The notes beneath the pieces are model-generated. The model had not been told where the DNA came from, did no database searches, and worked only from the letters and a program-made list of their open reading frames with translations. A stretch of 64,000 bases of DNA from NCBI GenBank assembly GCA_033442325.1, contig JAWQFM010000003.1:2554324-2618323 (forward strand), in the 5' to 3' direction. This stretch comes from Salpingoeca rosetta. Lineage: Eukaryota > Protista > Choanoflagellata. The position numbers and the translations under genes were made by a program. This document shows positions 48,849 to 62,108 of this stretch, piece by piece (the stretch's first letter is position 1; the number at the start of each line of letters is the position of its first letter).

Positions 48849-49397
48849 AGAGCAGAGAACACCAAGCGTGGTCGGCCGCCTGCGCTAACTGTGCATCCAC
48901 CACCAGTCTCTGCACGGCACCTCGTGTGGGTGCGTGTCTGTTGGACGCTGTCCACTCACATGTCTTTATGCGAACGTAGTTATTGCTTTCGTCTCATCTG
49001 TGTGAGCGCTGTGTGTGTGTGTGTGTCGTGGTGCCGTGATGTGACTGCTGTAATGATGAGGGTGAGCGGAGTGTAAGTGAGCGTGGAGAGGACAAGGCTT
49101 GTGTGTTTGCCTGTGTTGGCCGCTCATTCCATGTCAATAAAAACCACCGTGATGACTCAATCTCTTGGCTTAGTTCGTTCATTGAGGGGGGCAGGAGAGG
49201 CAGGGGTCGAGGGCACGCACAGTGTGCTGCCATGCGCGCGAATATAAGGTGCAATGTACAAAAGAACTAGACGTCATGCGTGACAGACACCACTGCTAGC
49301 GAACAGAACAACACCAAACAGCAACACCGAGGAACAACCATGTCACAACCAAACAACACTGACTGACAACAACCAATAAGGGAAAAGGCAGGCACCA

Positions 49398-50291
49398 CTA
49401 GAGCTTGTAGCTGGCCGCGCCAGACTTTGAGGACCGCTTTGCCTTCTTCTTTCTTGCGCCGGTGATGGCATCGGCCTCCTTCTCCACCTGTCGCTTGAGG
49501 CTCTGGAAGATCTTGTTCTTTGCAAGCTGCTCGTCCACGCTCACAGACCCGTCCAGGATGGTAATGTTCTGCGGTAGAGAGAGAGAGAGAGAGTGTGTGT
49601 GTGTGTGTGTGTGAATGAGTGAGTATGATGTCAGTGAGTATGATGTGAGTGGCATGACATTGTTGATTGGAGTCCTTGACCCCCTTCATTATCGCCAGCA
49701 ACTCACCGCCTCGTTCTGCTTGGCCTTGTCCTTGAGCTTTGTCAGAGCGCGCTGTTTCGCGCTTGCCGCACTTTCCGTCGCCTGTGGAGGTGGGGAGCGG
49801 TTACGGGATAACCGAGGTGAGGGCAGCACACATGGCAGATGGCAGATTGGCAGCCAGACAGACACAGAGAGACAAACAAACAAACAAACAAACAAACAAA
49901 AAAATAAACAAACAAACACACAAACAAACACACACAGCACCGCCATCACCACAGCAAGCCGACCTGTCCGCGGTCGAGCTTGTCCTCAAACTTTTCGCGG
50001 CGAATGCGGTCGTCGTGCTGCTTCTTCTTCTTCTTCCTGCGCTCGCGCTTGCGGTCCGTGTCGGTCGCCTCCTCCTCGCCAATCGCAACAAGCTCCTTCT
50101 TCGCAACTTCCTCGGGCGCCTTCTGCTCGTTCGCGCCAACAGCAGTCGGCGTCACTGTGGTGGTTTTGGGGGGGAGGGAGGAGGAGAGGGTGATGGTGGT
50201 GAAATATACGGGAGAAACAGTTGGGTCGAGCAGAGGACCGGACAGAACAAGTCAACACACACACACACCCACACCCACACACACACACCCA

Positions 50292-50334
<43 letters not shown>

Positions 50335-52982
50335 ACACCCACACACACACACATTAGCAAAGCGGCCGAGCAACCACCAAAACAAACACAGCAGTGGCAG
50401 GCAGCAATACGGACCGTCCTCCATGGTGACAACGGGAGCGGATGTGGAGATGGAGAGATCTTCCTTGGGCCGCATCGGGAGATAGTGTGCGTTGGTGAGC
50501 GCATTGAGCTCGTCCTCAATCGACATCATGAGTTGCTTCACCGCCTTGTGCTGCCGCTGCACACGCCGCTCAGCAGCGCTCGTCACAGCGCCCTGCGTCG
50601 CCTCGAGGAAGTCCTAATGGGAGTTGGTGGAGGTTGTAGGAGTGGTGGTGGTGAGTGGTGGGTAGGTGGTGGTGGACGCGAGATAGCACAATGATTGTTG
50701 GGCGCATTGTAGCTGTGGTTGTGATGCTACGCAGTCCAACAAGGCATGCACACACACACACATGCACACACACACACAGTGTCAACAACAGGGGCGGACC
50801 TGTTCGTAGACTTCGGCGAGGCTGAGCTTTGACTTCTCCTTGAGTACATCCGGCAGCTGCTTCTGCTCATTCTCCTGTTGAGAGAGAAAAGAGGGGGGGG
50901 GGGAGACACACAATCGCACGCACACGTGGAGGGGTGTCAAGCGCACGTAGCAGTGGTGATGGGTGAGAAAGCAGCCAGATGTTGATGGTGGTCACAGACA
51001 CAGACACACAGACACACAGGTAAACCCAGACACACACACACACACACACACACGCATACACCCCCCCCCGCCACCACCATGGGCCGGACCAGATCCTCCT
51101 CGAAGCGGCGCTCGACGTCGTCGAAGATGTTGTCGACAATGCGCTGCTTGATCACGTCCTCAAGCTTCTCCGTCTGCTCCTCTGTCATTGGCGGCGGCGG
51201 TGCTGTCACGTGGTCATACTCGAGAAACTCCTCAAGCAGGCTGTTCTCCGGCCGCACGCGCGCATCCGCCTCTGTTTACACACACATGTGGCAGAGGGGA
51301 GATAGGAGGTGGTGAGCCAGGTTTGCATGAACGGTTGATTGGGAGGACTGCAATGGAGGCGTTGGTGTTGTGTGAAGAACCAAAAGCCACACACACACAC
51401 ACACACCCACCCACCCACCCATCCACACCCACACCCACACACACAAAAGCGCAAAACAAACCTCCGCTCATCTGCCACGTTTTCTCTGCGACATTTTCCT
51501 GCTCGAGCTCCTGAATCTGCTTCTTGATCTCGTGCTGGTGCCGCTGGAAGCTGGTCATCTTCTTAAGGTCCTCGATCGTCAACTCCTCGTCCCCAGACAT
51601 GTCGTCGTCATCGTCGGTCATGCCCTCAAACTCGTCGTCATCATCATCGTCAAGACCGAGCGCCTTTGCATCTGTGTCGCTCTCGTGCTCATCCTCGCCG
51701 GTTCCCGCCTTATCCACGTCCTCTTCGTCACCCTCATCTTCCTCCTCATCTTCAAGGGCGGCGCCTTCGTCGTCAAACCCTTCTGCATCCTCATATGCGG
51801 CCTCGTCCTCATCGCGATCCTCCTGTTCATAGAGTGTGGCCACATCGGTGCGCGCGCTCTCAAGCTGTGTCGCCTCCAACTGTGATGACAGCATGTCGAA
51901 GATGGGCTCGTTCATCAGCTCGATTTGCGCTGCAAGAAGCGACATCGCAGGTGGCAAACATCAGCAATACAACACGCACGATGAGAAGTGTGCTCAAGAT
52001 AGGCATCACGCTCACGCAAAAAGGCCCAGCGATGTTCGCAGGGAGACTGATGATTGCAAGATCTACAACACATACACGCACGCACACGTACACATGCACA
52101 AGTACCCCAAATTTGCTCCTCATCGAAGCCATGTGTCTGTGATCACAGCCAAGCGCAACACATCAAGACACAAACACAACGTGTGAGCGGTGCATGAGCT
52201 TCGGCAACGCCACGCGTGCAGGGACAGGCGGCGCCACATACCCAATGCAGCCGTGACAATCACACTCACGGCATCCACACAGCCAACACAGGGAATCGCA
52301 CCACAGAATATCTCTCACTCTCACACTGACTGACTGTCTGTCTCTTGGGCTCCTCTCCATGTCTCACACATACCCTTTGTCTCTGTCTCTCTGTCTCTGT
52401 CTCTCTCTGTCTCTGTCTCTCTGTCTCTGTCTCTGTCTGTCTCTGTCTCTGTCTCTGTCTCTGTCTCTGTCTCTCTGTCTCTGTCTCTCTGTCTCTGTCT
52501 CTCTGTCTCTCACTCACTCACTCACACACACACACTCTCTCTGGTACGCACCATGAGTTTGTGTTGGATGGATGCCTGTCTGTTGTCGACGTGCAGCTGC
52601 TTGGCTGTGAGAGAAAACGCAGATGTCAGCGACCGCAGCGTATCCGCTGCCAATCGCTCGTCTACAACCAGGGCATTGGCCACATTGGCCGCCACCTCAT
52701 CCACACCAGACAACAGCGGCTTCATCCTCCCTTTGTGCTGCTTGCGATGTGCAATGTGAGATGTGCGATGAGTGAGGAACAAAGTCGTGCTGCTGTGGCG
52801 CTGTATTGTGTGCACACGTTGTCTTGGCACGTGGTTATGTTATTGAAAGATATTGCAAAATTTCCCAACCCGCGACCGTTCACTCGCCTGCTTGCTGCAC
52901 CAGCTCCCAAAGACACTCTCGCCACTGTCTGCTGTCGCTCACCATCCTCGTCCTCAGCAACTCTCTGGTACACCTGAACCAT
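49398..52982 (-). CDS. MPHOSPH10: U3 snoRNP protein MPP10
   Basis: [17 protein letters not shown], an acidic tract, [37 protein letters not shown]....[18 protein letters not shown] and L.ALTNAHY.P; ends ...ASYKL*. Confidence 0.93.
52380..52510. repeat. (TCTCTG)n hexamer microsatellite in an MPP10 intron
   Basis: Seen directly. Confidence 0.9.
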
Positions 52983-53116
52983 CTGTGGACAGGCCACGAG
53001 TTGAAGCAGGCGCAACTTTGTGTACGACGTGTTGTGTGAGTGTGTGTGTGTGTGTGTTGTCAAGGTTTTTGTTTGGGCACAAGCGATCAGCCTTCACTCA
53101 TCGACAAGCAAGCAAG

Positions 53117-55260
53117 ATGGCCTTCAAGTTTGGTGGCGGACAGCAGCCTCCGCAGCAGCAGCAACAGCAGCAGGCCATGCCTGCATTTGGGGCTGGACAA
53201 AAACCAGGAGGTGCGCCTGCTTTTGGCGGCGGCGGTACTGGCGGCGGCGGGTTGAAGTTTGGTGCCCCAAAAGCCGGTAATGTGGCCACACCCTCCCCTC
53301 TGTCAAAGCCTGCCACAACCGCACAACCACAACAAGGCTTCGCCTTTGGCAGCAAACCTGCACAGCCAGGCACAGGTGCACCCGCATTCGGTGCTCCACA
53401 GGCAGCGACGACAGGTGCACCCGCATTCGGTGCTCCCAAGACTGCCACTACCACTGCACCAGCGTTTGGTGCTCCCAAGACTGCCACGACCACTGCACCG
53501 GCATTTGGTGCTCCCAAGACTGCCACGACCACTGCACCGGCATTTGGTGCTCCCAAGACTGCCACTACCACTGCACCGGCGTTTGGTGCTCCCAAGACTG
53601 CCACTACCACTGCACCGGCATTTGGTGCTCCCAAGACTGCCACTACCACTGCACCGGCGTTTGGTGCTCCCAAGACTTCCACAACAACAGCAGGCGCACC
53701 CGCGTTTGGTGCTCCCAAGACTGCCACAACAACTGCACCCGCGTTTGGTGCTCCAAAGACAGCCACGACAACAGCAGATGCGGGGACAAAGTCTACTGCG
53801 CCCGCCTTTGGAGCACCAAAGACACAAGCGAGCGGCCCGGCAAGTGGTTCGTCCTCATCCACAGCTGCTGCACCCGCCAAGCCCGCCTTTGGTGCACCCA
53901 CTGCGCAAAGTGCCAAGCAGCCACCAAATGGATCAAACGCAGACCCAAACAACATGCTCTACAAGGAGCTCGACAAGGCCCTCGGCAAGGTGTGCATGTC
54001 TGTGTGTACAATTGCGTGTGGAATTGTGTGTGTGTGTGTGTGTGTGTGGGTGTGGGTGTGGGTGTGTGTGTGTGTGTGGGTGTGGGTGTGGGTGTGGGTG
54101 TGGGTGTGGGTGGGTGTGTGTCTGTGTCTGTGTCTGTGTGTGTGTCTGTGCCTGCGTTCGGTGGCCCTACGTCACTCAATTCACTGTTGTCACCACAATC
54201 ACTCATGCGCCTCCGCCCATCACGTGTCGCACCAAACGCGCCTTTCCTCTCCCGCCCCCCCCCCCGTCTGCTTTCTGCACCCAACAGTGGCAGAAGGAGA
54301 TTACAGACCAGCATGCGGCGTTCACGGAGGAGGTGACGCAGCTGCGGAAGCGCGATGGCGAGATCCTGGCCAACGCCAACCGCATCAAGTCGCTCAACGA
54401 CGAGGTGGCACACGTCGAGAAGCAGCAAAAGAAGTACGTAGCACACGGTGGTGGAGCGTGGTGGTGGCGTGGTGGCGTGGTGGTGTGATGTGTGGTGGTG
54501 TGGCATTGATGCGGGTTCGGTGGTGGTTCGTGTTGAGGGACACGGGATGCTTGACTCATTCAACCACTGCATCTACAACGACAACTGCTGGTGGTGGTGG
54601 TGGTGGTGCTGCTGCTGCTGCTGCTGCTGCTTTTTTGTTGCTCGTTGTCGTTTGTTGCATCAGGTTGAAGGGCGAACTGGAGACGCTGACGAAGGAGCAG
54701 GAGGACATCAACGGTGGGGACCAATCTTGTTGTGTGATGGCTGTGTTGGGTTGGTTTGTGTCCAAACCGATCACACAACACGCTGCTGCGGCATTCGTAT
54801 TGGGTTGGTGCAGTACACAACTGCCAGTGTACCCACACAACATACAACATACAACACACATTCATATTCATTCACACGCACGCATACAATGGCGTATGTG
54901 CATCCCGTATCTGCTTAAGGCATTCTGGATGAGCTTGAGAAGAGTGTGCAAGGCATGGACGTGTCGGGTACCGCAGACCACGAACGCCACCGCATGTACG
55001 CCTGCATTGTATTGTATTGTGTGTGTGTGTGTGTTTGAGCATGGCTGCTGTCCCTTTTCTTCTATTGTTCGATTTGCACATGTGATTTGCGCGCCAACGA
55101 CCAGCGGTACTGACGACGACGACCACCACCACCATGATGATGTGGTCACGCATGTGTGCGCAGGGCGGCGACGGCGATGCAGGTGCACGAGACCATGTCC
55201 AAGATGCAGGACGAGCTCATCAAGCTCACAACAGAGGTCAACCAAGGTGCGGACACACAC

Positions 55261-55328
<68 letters not shown>

Positions 55329-55695
55329 CACACGAGCTGACACTGCTGGGTGTTTTGGTGCACAGGAGCGCACGGGGACGAGGACGACCCGATGCGGCTG
55401 ATCACAGAGACGCTACACAACCATCTCGCCACACTCACAAACGTCGAGCGCAACATTGGTGAGCCCGCCACTGCTGCTACTGCTGCTGCTGCTGCTGCTG
55501 CTGTTGTTGTTGCCGTTGGCGTTGACTGTTTTGTCATGCTTTTGCGCAGTATCACACGCGCACACACAATCACCTGCAACGCGTTTCTCACACGTGTCAT
55601 GTGCACATGCCACGCCTTGGTGTGTGTGTGTGTGTTCACCAGACGAGCTGCAGAACAGGGTGCAGCATGTAGAGAACATTCGCGGCGGGCACTAA
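53117..55695 (+). CDS. NUP62: FG-nucleoporin Nup62/Nsp1
   Basis: N-terminal FG repeats, then the Nsp1-type coiled coil YKELDKAL.KW..E...Q...F........RD..I..N...I..L...V..VE..Q..L..EL....EQ, then DPM..I...L.NHL..L. Confidence 0.9.
53418..53770 (+). repeat. Coding 39-bp tandem repeat (APAFGAPKTATTT, about 9 copies) in NUP62
   Basis: Unit gcaccggcatttggtgctcccaagactgccacgaccact, with mostly synonymous variation between copies. Confidence 0.95.
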
Positions 55696-55723
55696 TGCAG
55701 GGCACAGCGCCATTGCACCCGCG

Positions 55724-55776
<53 letters not shown>

Positions 55777-55959
55777 CTTGGTGATTAGGGCGGTGGTTGG
55801 CTTGGTGGTGGTTATGTGACCGGTTTCAGTATGCGTGTTGTTGCAATGAAGTCAAATCAATACACAAGAACACCCACACCAATGGCATCAACGACGAACA
55901 AGTGGCTGCACAAAGGACGGGTGCAGTCTCCCTCTCTAATGTCTCCTGCGCAACTCATG

Positions 55960-56031
<72 letters not shown>

Positions 56032-56038
56032 GGCACGA

Positions 56039-57352
56039 CTACGAGGCCTGCGCTTGCTCGAGTGCTGCTGCAATACGGGAGAGCTCTATCTTGAGTTTGT
56101 CCACGCCGGCTTTGTCAGCCTCAACGTGCACGTGCTCCTGCTCAGGTAGACGTGGCATGGTGCACATGTGACAGATGTGAGCGGTGACGCGATGACGCCA
56201 CTGTGTATATGTGTGTGTGTGTGCGTGTGTGTGTGTTGGGTGTCGTACCCCGTCATTCAAGACGAATTCGAGGACGGCTGTGGGCTCGTTGACCTCGTCC
56301 TGGGCCGCTGTCTGCGTAGTCACGTCCACCCTCCAGTTGATGTCTGGTTTGGTTTGACAGTGATGTTCGTTACAGTAAACAGAAGACATCATGCACCACA
56401 AAGCCCAGGGTGCGGTTTGGTTGTTGTGCCAATGAGCAGCGCATGGGTTCAGTGGGGAGTATGTGTGCACCTGTGCGGGTGTTCGCACAAGACATACAAC
56501 GTGTCCACAAACAAACAAACACACACACACACACATACACACACACACACTAGGAAGGAGATGTGTATCATACACTGACAAGCAAACGGGCGCACCTTGA
56601 AGTTGTGTGTTCCATGCAGATGCCTGTGCAAGGGCATGGTTGATTTTGGGCTTGTACGACTTCCAGAACTTGCCAAAGCCGGCCTGTTGTTCCTCAGAGA
56701 GCGTCTGACAGCGACGTGCAACCGCATGAATGTGTGTTGGCATGAGCCCATTGGCACTCGGAAGCGTGCAAACGACGAATCAACAAACAAGCAAACACAC
56801 ACACACGCGCGCGCGCGCGCACAAATAAACAAACAAACACACACACACGCGCGCGCGCGCACGCACACAGCCCATACCAGGCCTTTGTCTTCCAGACACT
56901 CCGCCAGCTGATGGTCGCAAAAGGGTGGTGATGTGCGCGAGGAAGAGCGTTAGTGTAAAGGAGTGTGTGAGGAACGAGAGGGGAAATCAAACAGCATAAC
57001 AAGTGCCACGCCAGCGTAGGGCAGCGTCTTGACACTGTGACAACATGTGCGCGTCGGGTGCAACAATACCTGGGAAAGCTCGAGGCTGGCGTTGACGGCA
57101 TCGTCGATCAGGTTTGACGCCAGTGTCACCGTTTGCGCGAACACTTGGAGAGAGAAGGACATGAGGGGGTTGGAAGCGGTTCACGACGAGACGCGAGTGA
57201 ATACGCACAGATACATGGCTGTGAGGGGTGGCAACGCACAAAGGAAGAGCAGCAACACACCACGCAAACGCAAACGACACACAATCCCTGCCCCCCTCCC
57301 CCGCACACACACGCACACACACGCACACACACACACACACACACACGCACAC

Positions 57353-57433
<81 letters not shown>

Positions 57434-57571
57434 ATACATACACCTACCATCTGCTGTGACGTCTGGGGCAACGGCTTCGTGGATGTCGCTGTCTGCAATG
57501 TCATCTCCAAAGTACTTCCTTCGTGCCACAGCAGTGCACACCTGCTGAAACCCTTTGGCTGTGGTCGCCAT
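56039..57571 (-). CDS. COMMD1: COMM domain-containing protein 1 (Commander/CCC complex)
   Basis: [12 protein letters not shown]...S.WN..L..INWRVD...Q......EPTAVLE matches COMMD1 (KFWKSHKTKI...SRWN..L..LSWRVD). Confidence 0.88.
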
Positions 57572-57712
57572 AATCGTGCTTGCTGTCCTTCTTCCTCCCT
57601 TTCGTTGCGCTTGCTCCAAAATCACTGCTTCGGCTTATTGTTGCTCGCTCCTCGCTCGCTTTCGCTTGTTGCTCACTCGCTTGCTTGCCTTGGTGTGGTG
57701 GGTGGCTGCTGG

Positions 57713-58244
57713 ATGCTGAGTGCTGTGAGCGGGTTGCGGCTGCTCCGCATTGGTCATCGCGTCCCTGCTGTCGCCGCTGCCGTTGGTGGTACTGGTGCTC
57801 GTGCTGCTTTCAGGCTCACGACAGCCTCGCTGCTACCAACATCGCCCACGCTATCAACTGCAACTGCTACATCCACACCGCGGTTGATCGTGGCATCTCG
57901 ACTCGCCTGCACGGCAAGAACAGCAACAGCAGTCGCTGCAACAGCAAGACAGCGGGTCTTTGCTTTGGCAGCACGCAATCGCCACACGCCGTTCTCTCCT
58001 TTCCTTCGCCAACTTCACTCCACTCGACCTCACCTTCAACAACAGTACGCTCATGTGTGTGTGTGTGTCTGTATGTGTGTGTGCCTGCATGTGTGTATGT
58101 GTGTATGTGTGCCTGCATGTGTGTCTGTGTGTGTGTGTGTCTGTGTGTGTGACTGTGTCTGCCTCTGTGTGTGTGTGTGTGTTTGTCTGTCTGTCTCATC
58201 TATCTGCCTGTGTGTGTGCGTGTGCGAGGCGTTGAGCGCGTGAG

Positions 58245-58278
<34 letters not shown>

Positions 58279-58504
58279 CCCTCACCCACTCACACTAACA
58301 CGTGCGCTCACATTGCACTCTCATCAGAGGCACCAAAGTAGGCACGATGCTTCGCTCATGGATGGCTGAGCAGCCAGAGCCGGCACGGTTCAGTGGCAAG
58401 TGGTGGTTCGTGTGGATGATCCGCTTCATTGTCTTTGGCATCACCGGCTCGTCCTCCGTCAAGTTTGCTACCCCGCTCCTCGACACCCTCTTTGGCATTC
58501 AAGG

Positions 58505-58537
<33 letters not shown>

Positions 58538-59028
58538 TTGGATGTACATGTGTGTGTTTGGATGTACATGTGTGCGTGGGTGTGCATGGGCGCGCGTGTG
58601 TGTGTGCGTGTCCACCCGTTTGCTTTCCTTTTGCCATGCGAGTTACTGCCGCAACCACGAACGCCCGCTTTTGGCCATCACCGTGACACCTTGCTCACAC
58701 ACACATACACACACACACATACACACGTACGCACGCATACATACACACACATACACACGCATACACACACGCATGCACGCATACACGCACGCACATACAC
58801 GTGCGCATCTGACAAGGCTCCTGGACGGAGGGCCCGTGGTCGTTCCGTTTGGCGTCCCTCGCGTTTGTGACACCCATCTACACGGTTATCCTGCTTGTTG
58901 TGGGCACCATATTTGGGCAGCACCACTTCTTCAAGTACATGGCGCTCAAGATGTGGTCGCGCATCTTACCTGGCATTGTCAAGCGGCCGGCCAAGCCATC
59001 CGCCACCAGCACCCCAAAGAACAAATGA
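57713..59028 (+). CDS. DUF6787-like small membrane protein with a long mitochondrial-presequence-like N-terminus; exons 57713-58044, 58328-58503, 58817-59028
   Basis: In-frame splicing gives ...[45 protein letters not shown]...[33 protein letters not shown]. Exon 1 is R/A/T/L-rich and has no acidic residues. Confidence 0.75.
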
Positions 59029-59283
59029 TGCATGTGCACTGGCTCTGCTGGTGACTTTGTGTGCAGTCTTAGTTGTTCCAGCGCAGGTGTTTGCACGTCT
59101 TTGCCCTTCCTGCACCTTTCATCTCACCGCATCATCCTGGTCATCCTCCCCCCTGGCTGACTGCCTTTGTACCCTTGCTGTTGCATTGTTACAAACAACT
59201 GTGTACTCTTTGGTTTGCCGCCGTGTGCACGCACACAATATGGAAGCAACGAACGTAAACGCGCCCAACCATGCAAGCGTGCA

Positions 59284-59319
<36 letters not shown>

Positions 59320-59715
59320 AGAGGCACATGTAATGTAACACAAGAAGAATGAATGTGCTGCATACAAAAGAAGAGAATGGGTGTGTTGCATACAGACAAG
59401 GTCAGCGGTGGTCACAGATGTACATGTGCGCTTTGAACCAGGGCATGAAAGGGCGGGCTTGTTTGTTTGTACACATGATCGGTAGGATACAGTCCACACA
59501 GAGCAGAGAAAAGCGGAGCAGAATGAACACAAGTAGACAGAATAGAGTGAACGGAATGGTGGGTGATGGGTGATGGCAAGCAAGGGCTTAGGCAAGCAAG
59601 CAAGCAAGCAAGGAGGCACAGATACCATTCGCACCCACCCACACCCACACACACCCACACACACCCAGTCAAACAAGGCTGCACAGGCAGCCTGGGTGTG
59701 ATGTTCAAGCCGAGT

Positions 59716-60021
59716 TCAGCGTGACGACGCCGTCAGGGTGGCGAGGGGAACACCACGCACGTCGCTGGCGGTGCGAAGCGCCGTTTCAAAGCCCAGACAC
59801 GTCGACACGGGGATGCCTTTCCCCTTTGGAATGCTGTCCCGCCCATACAGGCCCTTGCCCGCACCCTGCTCATCAAAGCGGTGCTTGTGCGAGCCCGTGT
59901 ACAGTCGAGGGTCCGTCAACCGCCGGAACAGCGGCGGCAGCTCGTCGTCGTAGTCCGAGACAACCGTCGTGCGCGGGGCGGACGCGGTGGATGGCGCTGT
60001 GGATGGGCGGCGGCTGCGACG

Positions 60022-60052
<31 letters not shown>

Positions 60053-60681
60053 TGGCGCTTCTTCGTCTTCTGTTTCATCTCTGGCGACGACGACGACGAG
60101 GATGAGGAGGGTGAGGAGGGCGACAACGACTGCGCAAAGGACGCGACGCGCTGCACGACATCACACGTGCAGTTTGGGCGCTCGTTCAGGGCAGCGAGCG
60201 CGTTTGCAAACTGCTTGAAGGTGAGTGCGTTGTGCGAGTTCTTGAACTTGCTGAAGGCGATGTCGCAGTCAATGCGGGACAGGCCTGTCCGTTTGAGCAC
60301 CTTGGCATCGCGGCACGCCTTGATGAAGTGCCAGCCGGTCATGTGGCGGCGCACGCGCTTCCGCTGGGGCGCGTCGCCGCTGGTTGTGCTGCTGCACGGA
60401 ATGGCCTTGGAGTACGCCATGAACACAGCGCGCAACGAATCACGCTGCTCGTTCGCCGCATCCTCGTCCATCATCGCCGGTGGCGGCGGTGGCAGGTCAG
60501 ACGCTTGCATATCGTCGGTGGTGTTGTCGGTGTTGTCGTCGCAGTTGTTGGTGCTGTTGTCGTCGTCGTCGTCGTAGTCGATGTTGTTGTTGTTGTCGGC
60601 GTGGTCGTTGTAGTTGATGTGTTGTTCTGGCGGTGGTGGAGGGGTTGGAGGTGGTGGCGGTGGCGGGAGAATGTCGTCCAT
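59716..60681 (-). CDS. TPPP-like: TPPP/p25-alpha domain protein, single exon
   Basis: M.G.HFIKACRDAKV......IDCDIAFSK.K.....LTF.QF..AL..L and RLTD...YTGSHKHRFD..G.GKG..GRD. The ATG at 60681 is preferred over the ORF-track start at 60948. Confidence 0.88.
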
Positions 60682-61105
60682 TTCGAACAGGTGTTTGGCT
60701 GGTTGGCTTTCGCCTTGATTACTTCTTCGTGTTGTTGTTCCCCTTGTAGTTCTTCGTATCGCGTGTGGTTGCCCCGGAAGCTGTGTGGGTACGCACGTTG
60801 CCTGTCGCTCGGGGTTGTTGCCTATCGGCCGCCTGTGGTTGTGTTTGTTCGTATGGGATGAGGGGGGGGAGGCGAAGACGGGGAGACGAAGTATCCTTGC
60901 TTCAGTTTTTCTTCGAACCAGGGGGGAGGAGATGTAAAATGGCACCAAGAGAGGTCGATGACTGTGTTGTCATCAGGAATAGCAGCAACAAGCGTGGTTG
61001 CTGTGCCTTTGCTGTGTCATCACCTTTGGCGTGGTGTCACATCATCGCTTGGCTTGCATCGCGCAAGGCGTGGTGATGCTTGCTTGCTTGCTGTCCTTCT
61101 TGCAG

Positions 61106-61146
61106 ATGAGTCATCATCCATTTGTGGTTTCTGCTGACTCAGCAAT
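61106..61146. promoter_or_regulatory. AP-1-like ATGAGTCATCA (61106-61116) plus a perfect MARE (61132-61144) in the TPPP / glycerol kinase divergent promoter
   Basis: The 22-mer at 61125-61146 is identical to 7690-7711 and lies about 85 bp upstream of the GK ATG. Confidence 0.5.
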
Positions 61147-61227
61147 TGTGCAATCAGCAAAGAAGCCAGTGCAGCAAGCAAGAAGCCAGAAGAAGCAAAG
61201 AAGACAACAACAGCAGCAACAGCAACA

Positions 61228-62009
61228 ATGGGGAGGAAGAAGACGCAGACGCAGCACACAAGCGGCAGTGAAGATAGTGGAGGGGATGCTGGGGGAGGAG
61301 ATGCGCCACGCTTGGTAGCGGCAATCGACCAGGGCACATCCAGCACACGATGCTCGGTACTTGTGCACGTGTGTAGCGTGCGAGTTTGAGTATATTGTGT
61401 TGTGTGTTGAGTGTGTGTTGTGTGTGTTGTGTGTGTGTGTCTTGTGTGTGGTTGTCAGTGATGCTATTTGCTGTTTGCTGCCATTCGTTCTGTTTGCTGC
61501 CATTCGTTCTGTTTGCTGCCATTCGTGCTGTTTGCTGATCCCTTGCAACCCCACTGTGAACATGACCTAAACCACGCTCGCTTCAGGTGTGGAACGAGGA
61601 TGGGGAGTGCATTGCCAGCCACCAGATTGAGTTGGACGCCCACTACCCCGCTTCAGGGTCAGTGCACGGGGTACTTGTGGTGCTTGTGGTGCTTGTGGTT
61701 CTCGTGGTGCAGTGGGTGGTCGCGTGCCCCTTTGGCATGCGTGCGTCTTTGCCCTGACCACTCAACAACGCAAACGCTGGCTTATTGGCACACCGCAGAT
61801 GGATGGAACAAGACCCGCTGGAGATCTTGGAGCAGGTGCACACGTGTATCAACAAAGTCTGTGACGTGCTCAAGGGCAAAGGGTATGAGCCGTCATCCAT
61901 CAAGGGTGAGTGCATGATATTCTCTTGTGTGTGTGTGTGTGTGTGTGCATTTGTGTGTGTGTGCATTTGTGTGTGTGTGTGTGCATTTGTGTGTGTGTGT
62001 GTGTGTGCA

Positions 62010-62108
<99 letters not shown>

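Noticed and set aside
49150-49159. TGATGACTCA site similar to the promoter motif
   Set aside because: It lies between two convergent 3' ends and lacks the GCA flank, so it is not counted as a promoter element.
53418-53770. Regularly spaced repeats that could look like a CRISPR array
   Set aside because: There are no unique spacers and no cas genes; the repeats are in-frame FG repeats of NUP62.
60682-60948. N-terminal extension of the TPPP ORF from the ATG at 60948
   Set aside because: The composition looks like promoter/5' UTR, so the ATG at 60681 is preferred; the extension is not strictly excluded.
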